The notes under the pieces: model-generated | The model's database searches: none | What the model saw: the letters and a program-made list of their open reading frames with translations, nothing else | What the model was told of the DNA's origin: nothing | Part shown: positions 22,841-30,436 of the stretch, piece after piece | Layout: every line of letters starts with the position of its first letter | How positions within the stretch are numbered: the first letter of the stretch is position 1 | Translations under genes and position numbers: made by a program | Assembly: GCA_963675595.2 (NCBI GenBank) | Contig: CAXXLZ010000002.1 | Location: forward strand, 3,872,001 to 3,936,000 | DNA length: 64,000 bases | From: Thermodesulfobacteriota bacterium | Lineage (GTDB): Bacteria > Desulfobacterota > Desulfarculia > JACQYL01 | Reading direction: 5' to 3'

Positions 22841-24292
22841 TTAATGGTCGCCTTCGAACGGCTCTCCTCGAAGCAGGGCCTGTTCCGCCAGTGCGAGCTG
22901 TCTGCCGATGTACATGGCGTGATTGGTGTCGGATACCGCTTCGTCCAGAATGATCTGGTGTTGAATCTTCTCCGCCCGACGTCCTCGATATTCTTTTAAG
23001 GTGACGTTGTTGAACATGTGCTTGGCCACGATCCGGTCTTCTTCCACGGTGATCCTGAAATAGCCGTGGGGATCCTCCCTCAGGCGGTGTTTTCGTGATG
23101 CGGCGATTTGCAGCGCTTTCTCGTACTTCATACCGTGGGAAGGGTCCATGCTGATGGAATGACTGAATACGGTCAAGTTCCCTTTGGGGAGGTCGGCGAG
23201 TGCACACACTTTATCCAGCGCGGCCGTGAGGCCGTAGACGTTCATGAGCCAGGCGTCGATGGCGTTGTGTGTTCGATACAGGGCTGTGAGGTTGAGCTTG
23301 CCTTCGGACAGACGGAAAAAAACCGTAACCAGGCAGGGATTCGCTTTCCGCTCCCGAAAATCCGAGGCGGTGTCCCATAGAGAAATGAATTGATGACGGT
23401 TTTCCGGGTCCTCCGACAAGCGTCGAGCGGCCAGATTCAAGGTATCGCAGCCGAAGTAAGCCCCCAACCGGTTTCCGTAGGTGTATTCGATCAGAGGAGG
23501 CAACTCCGCATTCAGCATATCCTCCCGATATTTTCGGAAAGCCTCCGGGTCGAGCCCCAAAGCCTCCAACGTTGCGTCCGGTTCGGGGGTTGGATCGAGC
23601 ACGGCGACCTTGAGATTCTGTAATTCCTTTCGCACTCCCTTCCGGAGCTCCACCTTCCGTCCGAATCTCGAAAGCTTGAAAAGAACCTCTTTCCAGGCGG
23701 CCGACGGAGTCTGCTCGACGATGCAATGTCCTCCCGGCAGGCTCGGGAAGTGACCAATGGGGATCTCCTTGGCGGGCAGCTCGATACGGTCCGACTCGCG
23801 GGATTCGATTGGGCTTTGTTTGGGAAGCTCTCGGAAATAAGCGTGCAGCGCCGCGATGGACTCGGCGGTGGTCAGGGATCCGATGTGGTCGATGGAGGGC
23901 GGGCTTGAAAACAGTCCGGGGTGCAGCAGGTCGTCCATCACGGCCCGGGTTCCGCGGATCTTGTGGACGGTAACTCCGAGAAAATCCGCCTCTTCGACGC
24001 CGTGGGTAAAAAAACGTCGGAGCTCAACCAGGGAAGAGGAGCGGTTTCTTCCGCAAACGAGCAGTTGAGTCAGTTGGGGGTTGTATAGCAGGTTTCTCAG
24101 GAGTTGGGGCAGCCCATTGCCGTACAACGTGCCCAGAACCGCCACGGGGGAGTCCGAGCCCAGAGGAATTCCCTCTGCTCGGAGAATTTCCAGAACCTTG
24201 GCGGGCCTGGACCATAGAGTGATCACCCCCAAGAAGGCGGAGTCGTTGATCACGAGCAGCTTGTCTCGATAATACAGGGGGAGGAACTTCAT
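22841..24292 (-). CDS. Three-domain protein: MtrA-like N-terminus, thymidylate synthase-like core, DUF4346-like C-terminus
   Basis: VITLWS...GTLYGNGLPQLLRNLLYNPQL..LLVCG (MtrA-like); YTYGNRL, ISLWD, NPCL, YRTHN..DAWLMN (ThyA-like); DPHGYF...HAMYIGRQL..AE (DUF4346-like). Confidence 0.75.
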   Translation of the reverse strand: MKFLPLYYRDKLLVINDSAFLGVITLWSRPAKVLEILRAEGIPLGSDSPVAVLGTLYGNGLPQLLRNLLYNPQLTQLLVCGRNRSSSLVELRRFFTHGVEEADFLGVTVHKIRGTRAVMDDLLHPGLFSSPPSIDHIGSLTTAESIAALHAYFRELPKQSPIESRESDRIELPAKEIPIGHFPSLPGGHCIVEQTPSAAWKEVLFKLSRFGRKVELRKGVRKELQNLKVAVLDPTPEPDATLEALGLDPEAFRKYREDMLNAELPPLIEYTYGNRLGAYFGCDTLNLAARRLSEDPENRHQFISLWDTASDFRERKANPCLVTVFFRLSEGKLNLTALYRTHNAIDAWLMNVYGLTAALDKVCALADLPKGNLTVFSHSISMDPSHGMKYEKALQIAASRKHRLREDPHGYFRITVEEDRIVAKHMFNNVTLKEYRGRRAEKIQHQIILDEAVSDTNHAMYIGRQLALAEQALLRGEPFEGDH

Positions 24293-24294
24293 GT

Positions 24295-24906
24295 TCAGGG
24301 GTTCTTTTCGAAATTGCCCCGCGGTCCTCCAACGTTTTGAAAGGCGGAATTGAAGTCTCTGTAGAGGCGTTTATTGAATTGAATCCGATGCCATTTCTTC
24401 ACGTAACCCGCAGGAATGTCTTCTCGGATTTCCAGTTTGTCCCAACCGCCGGGGATGGGGAAGGCGTAGTAGGGCAGATGTCGGGGAACACCTCGGACGT
24501 AAATCACCTGGGGGATCTTCCACTCCAGGTACGAGAGGTAGACTCGGTGCATGCCGTCGTTAACCAGCAGATGTACGGAGCCGTCGTCCTCGAAGGATTC
24601 CTCGATGACGGGCGGAAGCAGGTCCACGGGTTGTTCGAAGCCTTCCAACGTCAGACGGACGAACCCGTTCAGGCGAAAGAGATCAACACCGTGTTCCTCG
24701 AGGGCCCACTTGAGATTTCGGACTTTTTCCAGTTCGGTACGGAGGAGATAATACTGGGGAGGGGAAAGATGCCGCGTATGAATCCGTTCGAGGCTGATCA
24801 GCGCGTCCCGATACACAAGGACTTCCGGGTCTTCCAGCATGCGGACCTCTTTCATGCGAGATACCAGATCGGTTTCGTTGAAACGTTCGACGTGCAGAAT
24901 GTTCAT
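24295..24906 (-). CDS. ParB/sulfiredoxin-like domain protein
   Basis: LSPPQ and LLPPVIEE...LLVNDGMHRV resemble the ParB/Srx xxDGxHR motif; GGAGG RBS; no HTH; 2 bp from the ThyA-like gene. Confidence 0.6.
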   Translation of the reverse strand: MNILHVERFNETDLVSRMKEVRMLEDPEVLVYRDALISLERIHTRHLSPPQYYLLRTELEKVRNLKWALEEHGVDLFRLNGFVRLTLEGFEQPVDLLPPVIEESFEDDGSVHLLVNDGMHRVYLSYLEWKIPQVIYVRGVPRHLPYYAFPIPGGWDKLEIREDIPAGYVKKWHRIQFNKRLYRDFNSAFQNVGGPRGNFEKNP

Positions 24907-25153
24907 TGGGCCTCCGAAGTAGGATGAACGAAAAAAAGTGCGCGAAAGAGGAGGGCGGGAGTCCGACATCGGGAAGAGACGCCCGTACTCCACAGGCTTG
25001 AATGATCCGGACGTGAGCCCGGGTATCGGCCGGAATCTTTCAGACGAAGGAAAGCGGAGGGGGGCTTCCGGGGTGGGCGCCTTTGGAAGACGACGAAACG
25101 ACGGCTAGGCGCGGAGGATACGACCAACCCGGTTCAAAACCCGGACCTGTGAT

Positions 25154-25339
25154 TCATTCAGTGCCCGGTTCGCTTTCAATCTCGCGAAAATCGCAATCGT
25201 CGCAGCTCCAGCCGGACCACTTCTTGGCGATGGCATGGTCCAGGCAGTCCGAATAGTAAGGGCAATCGAAGTTGCGTTCGACCTCACCGCTCGCGGCGAT
25301 GGGTTTGCGAGCGAGGTACTGAGCCGTATCAATCACCAT
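25154..25339 (-). CDS. Small Cys-rich protein (RNxxCxxYxxCLDxA family), copy A
   Basis: RNFDCPYYSDCLDHAIAKKWSGWSCDDC; paralog of 25869-26096; GGAG upstream. Confidence 0.75.
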   Translation of the reverse strand: MVIDTAQYLARKPIAASGEVERNFDCPYYSDCLDHAIAKKWSGWSCDDCDFREIESEPGTE

Positions 25340-25868
25340 TTCTCGCCCACTCCAGAAAATAGGTTACATGTTGAGTCCCCAAGGAACGGCCGAACGGCCG
25401 TATCCCTATCCACCGAAAAGGTGCCCCTTTCTCTATCCGATTAGGAACGGACTTCGGGGCAGCCGCTTCGGAGTAGCTCGGCTTCTGGGCAATACCCCGC
25501 CTTGGAACGGAGTCTGCGAATTTAAGAATTCTCCGGACGCCGATGGAGATGTTCGATGACAAATCGTCTCACGATCTTCGACGAAACGCCATCGTCGGCT
25601 TGGATGGCTTGCTGTAATAATAGCCCAACGGCGTCATTTCTGGCAAGCCGGATCAACGTGGGTCTTCTTTTTTCGTGCGTTAGGCGGCAGGTTCTTGTAG
25701 AATTTAAGATAAGGTGAAAAGGGAGGGTTTCCAGGACGGTCCAGAGCCGTTCAAGGCGGAGAGCGGGTTTTGATCCGCAAGCGACCCCGGGACGGAGGAA
25801 TAGTTTTAAACCGACCGTTCATATCCGGGTCTATGAAGTTTGAATAATGAAACCCTTAGGAGATCACA

Positions 25869-26096
25869 ATGGCGACGGTCCACAAATTACCCCGGCCCAT
25901 CAAACGACTTGGGCACCGTAACGTTTTCTGCCGTCTGTACAACAGCTGCCTGGATTACGCGGTGGAAAAGAAGTGGCTCCATTTCGCCTGCCCCAAGACC
26001 TGCCCTTTGATCGAAGATCAGGGCGAAATGGCGGTTTCCCGGACCAGCAGCGCCTGCCAGTCCTATTCCATATCCAAATGGAAGGTGGAAGGCTAA
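25869..26096 (+). CDS. Small Cys-rich protein (RNxxCxxYxxCLDxA family), copy B
   Basis: RNVFCRLYNSCLDYAVEKKWLHFACPKTC; AGGAG RBS; followed by a terminator. Confidence 0.78.
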   Translation: MATVHKLPRPIKRLGHRNVFCRLYNSCLDYAVEKKWLHFACPKTCPLIEDQGEMAVSRTSSACQSYSISKWKVEG

Positions 26097-26136
26097 GGAA
26101 GCGGAATATTTCATATCCTCAATAAGTCGGAAAGCG

Positions 26137-26162
26137 GGGTAGGCTATGCCTACCCTTTTTTT
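26137..26162 (+). terminator. Rho-independent terminator
   Basis: GGGTAGGC-TAT-GCCTACCC followed by T7. Confidence 0.85.
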
Positions 26163-26383
26163 GTGCTTTTTTTAACAACGCGGACGTGCGACCCGTATTT
26201 ATTGGTTCGTCTCCTCGTCGTATTGACCCCTTTGCAGGGATTGACTTCGATTTTGATTGATACTATTGAAAAAACCGAATAGTGATGTCGGAAAGATGAA
26301 TCCCCCGTGCGGGCTTCTGCAGGGACGTGTGTGCCCGTGTAAGTACGCTTTAATATCCATACAAGATTTCGGGGAAGACTCCA

Positions 26384-27298
26384 ATGGATCTCAGAAAACT
26401 CGACGTTTTCAACAAAGTCTATGAATTGAGAAGCTTTTCCCGGGCGGGTGAGGAATCCTACCTGTCCCAACCCACGGTCAGTGGGCACATCAAATACCTT
26501 GAGGAGCTTCTTGAGGTCCGTTTGTTCGACCGGCTGGGCCGGGAAGTGCTGCCCACCAAGGCCGCGGAAGTGTTGTATAAGTTTTCCAAACGAATGGTTC
26601 AGCTCAGGGACGAGGCGTTCCAGTCGCTTCAAGAGTTCAGCGGCAAGATGCAGGGCGAAATTTTGGTGGGGGGAAGCACGATTCCCGGCAACTACATTCT
26701 GCCTCGTCTGATTTCCGCCTTTAATCGTCGGTATCCCGACGTGCGGGTCAATCTCCACGTGGCGGATACCCAAGAAATCATTCGCCGGATACTGGATATC
26801 CGGCTTGAGGTGGGAATGGTGGGAGCCCGCACCGAAGAAGAACGCGTTATGTACGTGCCTTTCATGCACGACGATCTGGTGCTTGTGACTCATCCGGATG
26901 GACCCCCTGAAAAAGGCCGAACCCTATCCGTCATGGATTTGGTTTCTTTGCCGTTTATCATGCGGGAACCGGGTTCCGGGACCAGGTTGAGCGCACGGAA
27001 GACCCTGGCTGCGGTGGGGCTGGATTTGGACGGGTTGCGCGTGGTCGCGGAATTCGGCAATACCGAAACGGTAAGGCAGGGTGTGAAAGCCGGTTTGGGC
27101 GTCTCGATTATTTCGGATCTCGCAGTAAGAGAGGATGTTCGAAACGGTTCTTTAAGAATCGTGCCCGTGGAGGGACTGCCCATCCGTCGGGAGTTCCACT
27201 TGGCCATTCATCGCCACCGGACTCAGTCGCCCATCGCTAGAGCGTTCTTGGCTTTCTGCCAAGGCATTGAACCCGACGGCCTATTTTGGGCTCAGTAA
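26384..27298 (+). CDS. LysR family transcriptional regulator (CysL-like)
   Basis: SFSRAGEESYLSQPTVSGHIKYLEELLEVRLFDR HTH; GGSTIPGNYILP, REPGSGTR. Confidence 0.93.
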   Translation: MDLRKLDVFNKVYELRSFSRAGEESYLSQPTVSGHIKYLEELLEVRLFDRLGREVLPTKAAEVLYKFSKRMVQLRDEAFQSLQEFSGKMQGEILVGGSTIPGNYILPRLISAFNRRYPDVRVNLHVADTQEIIRRILDIRLEVGMVGARTEEERVMYVPFMHDDLVLVTHPDGPPEKGRTLSVMDLVSLPFIMREPGSGTRLSARKTLAAVGLDLDGLRVVAEFGNTETVRQGVKAGLGVSIISDLAVREDVRNGSLRIVPVEGLPIRREFHLAIHRHRTQSPIARAFLAFCQGIEPDGLFWAQ

Positions 27299-27802
27299 TT
27301 CTTCCGTGTGTCGTCCCAGCAAAGCGGTGGCTTCAGGGCCGATGTAGATGCGTTCAACCTTGCCCTCGCGATTGATGAGAAAAGTGATGGGGATGGCTCG
27401 AATTCGGTAATCTCTGACCACGTCCCTGTCGGCCCTCAGCACCGGATAGCGTACGCCGAAACGATCGACGCACTCTTGTATCCGCTCGTTGGCGACCTTG
27501 TCCAACGTGATGCTCAGCAGTACCGCTTCCTTGTTGCCGTAGGTGTCGAAGTACCGGTTCAGGTATGGAATTTCCGCTTTGCAGCCATGGCAGTAGGTCG
27601 CCCAGAAAGTGACCACCACGATTTTGCCCTTGAACTCGGAGAGGGTGACGGTCCGCCCCTTCAGGTCGGTCAGGCTGAAATCGGGCGCTTCGGAGCCTTT
27701 ACCCAGGGCTGCGGAGGCAGATCGCGGAAGGAGAGGGCAAAACAGGAAGCAAAAAAACAAGGCCGAAATAACCACAATATGGTATTGACGGAATTTTGCC
27801 AT
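27281..27802 (-). CDS. TlpA/ResA-like exported thiol-disulfide oxidoreductase
   Basis: Signal-like N-terminus, APDFSLTDLKG, FWATYCHGC (CxxC), cis-Pro IPITF. Confidence 0.88.
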   Translation of the reverse strand: MAKFRQYHIVVISALFFCFLFCPLLPRSASAALGKGSEAPDFSLTDLKGRTVTLSEFKGKIVVVTFWATYCHGCKAEIPYLNRYFDTYGNKEAVLLSITLDKVANERIQECVDRFGVRYPVLRADRDVVRDYRIRAIPITFLINREGKVERIYIGPEATALLGRHTEELLSPK

Positions 27803-27896
27803 GCAAACAAATATAGCAGATCCATGAAGAGCATGGCAAAATAATTGCTTCATTCTTTTCCCCATCCGCCCGTGCGCGGTGTGAAAGGTCCCCGAC

Positions 27897-28934
27897 ATGT
27901 CTCATGTGTTCGTAAAAGACCTCAAACCGGGCGTCGGCATTCGGCAGTTCTTCGTCGTGCGCAAAGCGGAGTCGCGGACCACGGTCAAAGGGGATCCTTT
28001 CCTCAACCTCATCCTGGCGGATCGCACCGGAACAGTGAACGGAAAAGTCTGGTCCGACAATCTTCCCCTCCCCGAGCAGAACGTCCGAAAGGGAATTATT
28101 GCCGGAGTGCAGGGCAGGGTTGAGCTCTTTCAGGATGAACCGCAGATCAATGTCAAGTATATTGCCGACGTCGAGTTCCTGAAAGAGAGAGGCCGGGACA
28201 CGGCCGACCTGAATATGGAACACTTGTTGCTCTCCACACCGTTCGGCATCCGGGAAATGTGGGACGAGCTGCAGAATCTGGTTCGTGAGCACATAGAAGC
28301 GGAATCCCTCCGGAATCTCGTCTTGGAACTCCTCAACCGGAACGAAGAACGTTTTCGGGAAGCCCCGGCCGCCGTCCAATACCATCACGCTTATCGGGGA
28401 GGACTCCTCGAACATACTCTGAAAGTGCTGAGATATGCTCTGGCTTTGGCTGAGCAGGAACCCGACCTGGATCGAGATATCCTGGTGGCCGGCGCGGTCT
28501 TGCACGATGTAGGCAAGGTGAGGGAAATTCAAGGAACGATTTTTCCGGATCGTTCCGTGGAGGGACGTCTTTTGGGGCACTTGATGCTGGGCGGAGAAAT
28601 GGTACGGGAAGTCGCTCGGGATTTAAACATGGACCCACAGGAACCCCGTTTGCTTCACTTGCAGCACATCATTCTGAGCCATCACGGGGAACTTGAGTTC
28701 GGTTCGCCGGTGGTGGCAAAAAGCCGGGAAGCTTTGGTGGTCCATTTTCTGGACGATCTCAACGCCAAGCTCAAAATGATTGAGGAACACATCCGGGGAA
28801 CCAAGGAGGCGGGCGAATTTACCGATTATCACCGGGTGTTGCGACGCTCCTTCTATCGGGCCCCGAGGAGCGGACAAACGGACGACATTGAGGAACCGGA
28901 CCGTGGGCGGGAGGAATCATCCCCCGAGGACTGA
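27897..28934 (+). CDS. YhaM-like 3'-5' exoribonuclease (OB plus HD domains)
   Basis: LADRTG OB fold; PAAVQYHHAYRGGLLEH, LHDVGK, ILSHHGELEFGSP. Confidence 0.88.
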   Translation: MSHVFVKDLKPGVGIRQFFVVRKAESRTTVKGDPFLNLILADRTGTVNGKVWSDNLPLPEQNVRKGIIAGVQGRVELFQDEPQINVKYIADVEFLKERGRDTADLNMEHLLLSTPFGIREMWDELQNLVREHIEAESLRNLVLELLNRNEERFREAPAAVQYHHAYRGGLLEHTLKVLRYALALAEQEPDLDRDILVAGAVLHDVGKVREIQGTIFPDRSVEGRLLGHLMLGGEMVREVARDLNMDPQEPRLLHLQHIILSHHGELEFGSPVVAKSREALVVHFLDDLNAKLKMIEEHIRGTKEAGEFTDYHRVLRRSFYRAPRSGQTDDIEEPDRGREESSPED

Positions 28935-29063
28935 AGATTGCGTTGATTCCGAGTCCCGTTTTATCGAAGGCGAACAATCGAGGCCGGGAAGTGCCGTGGA
29001 GGAAACCTGGGTCATTGGAAAGGATTCCTTCAAGTTTTGAATATGCTACAAGGAGTCGGAAAG

Positions 29064-30323
29064 ATGTTTCGTGCGTGCATCCTATCACTGACGGCGGCGC
29101 TTGTGTTGTTTGCGCCTTGGAGCCGGTCCGCCGAATTGTGGGCCAAACCTTCCCCTTGTGAGTCCTGCCACGAACAGATCAGCCCCAAACTGGCGGAAGA
29201 TTTCAACCGATCGAAAATGGCGTCCAAGCTTACCTGTGCCGATTGCCACGGTTACCTGCACGAGGGCGCTGAAGACGCCGACCTGGCGGAGCTGCCCACC
29301 ATCGCAACCTGCCGGACCTGTCACAAGGACCAGGCGGGACAATACCTGGACGGGAAGCACGCCCTGGGGCTATTGGCCATGGAAACCATGCCTTTCACCC
29401 ACATGCAGCCCAGAGCCTTTGTGCAAGGGCGAAAAGGCTGCGGAGGATGCCACGCCATGGGCGTGAGCGACTCGGACGCCCGAGGCACGGATTCGCGAAG
29501 ATACTACAAATACGGCATGGACTGTCAGCAATGCCACACCCGCCACGCCTTCTCGAAAAAAGAGGCTTCCGAGCCCGAGGCCTGCCTGCCCTGTCACATG
29601 GGCTTCGACCACGCCCAGTGGGAAATGTGGTCCACCTCCAAACACGGGGTCACCTACCTGGTGAACCGGGCCTCGGATGCGGGAAATCCGGAACGCGCTC
29701 CCAAGTGTCAGACCTGTCACATGCCGGGAGGCAATCATCGGGTCTATTCCGCATGGGGCTTCTTGGCCGTGCGTATGCACGAGGACGATCCGGACTGGAT
29801 GGCGGACCGCGTAGTCATTCTCAAGGCCCTGGGCGTGCTCGATCCCGAAGGAAACCCACTCCCCAGGCTTGAAGCCGTCAAGCGCGCCAAAATGGTTCGG
29901 CTGGATCGGGAGTCGTTTGAGGAGGAGCGGGCCCGTTTCGTGCGTGTCTGCGAACAATGCCATTCCGGGAATTTTACGCAGGAAAACCTGAAGAACGCCG
30001 ATGAAATGCTTCGAGAGGCGGACCGACTTTTCGCCGAAGCCATCGATACCGTGGGAAACCTATACCGGAAGGGAATCATTCGGCCGAGGGAAGGACAACA
30101 GGCTTGGCCGGACGTATTGACGTTTTACGACGCCGGCACGGAAGTGGAGTACGTGCTTTACGAGATGTTCATGGATCACCGGATGAAAACCTATCAGGCT
30201 TCCTTCCACGCCAACCCCGACTTCGCCACATGGTACGGCTACGCCAAAATGAGAGGCGATTTGGCTGAAATCAAACGCCTCTCAGGGAAGATGATCCTGG
30301 AGAATCAGACGGAAAAACGATAG
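29064..30323 (+). CDS. Periplasmic octaheme cytochrome c, HAO family
   Basis: Signal peptide; eight CxxCH (CESCH, CADCH, CRTCH, CGGCH, CQQCH, CLPCH, CQTCH, CEQCH); CHTRH-F-S and HANPD motifs. Confidence 0.88.
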   Translation: MFRACILSLTAALVLFAPWSRSAELWAKPSPCESCHEQISPKLAEDFNRSKMASKLTCADCHGYLHEGAEDADLAELPTIATCRTCHKDQAGQYLDGKHALGLLAMETMPFTHMQPRAFVQGRKGCGGCHAMGVSDSDARGTDSRRYYKYGMDCQQCHTRHAFSKKEASEPEACLPCHMGFDHAQWEMWSTSKHGVTYLVNRASDAGNPERAPKCQTCHMPGGNHRVYSAWGFLAVRMHEDDPDWMADRVVILKALGVLDPEGNPLPRLEAVKRAKMVRLDRESFEEERARFVRVCEQCHSGNFTQENLKNADEMLREADRLFAEAIDTVGNLYRKGIIRPREGQQAWPDVLTFYDAGTEVEYVLYEMFMDHRMKTYQASFHANPDFATWYGYAKMRGDLAEIKRLSGKMILENQTEKR

Positions 30324-30327
30324 CGGA

Positions 30328-30376
30328 GTTCCTTCGCGGGTGAATCCGCAGACTGCGGTTTCATCCGCGGAGGAAC
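30328..30376. terminator. Long hairpin between convergent genes (bidirectional terminator-like)
   Basis: 24-bp inverted repeat with 3 mismatches: GTTCCTTCGCGGGTGAATCCGCAG-A-CTGCGGTTTCATCCGCGGAGGAAC. Confidence 0.6.
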
Positions 30377-30436
30377 GGTTGCGCCGCAGGGAATACTTTC
30401 TCGATCAAGCCTTAATTATTTATTGTTTCCGACCGC

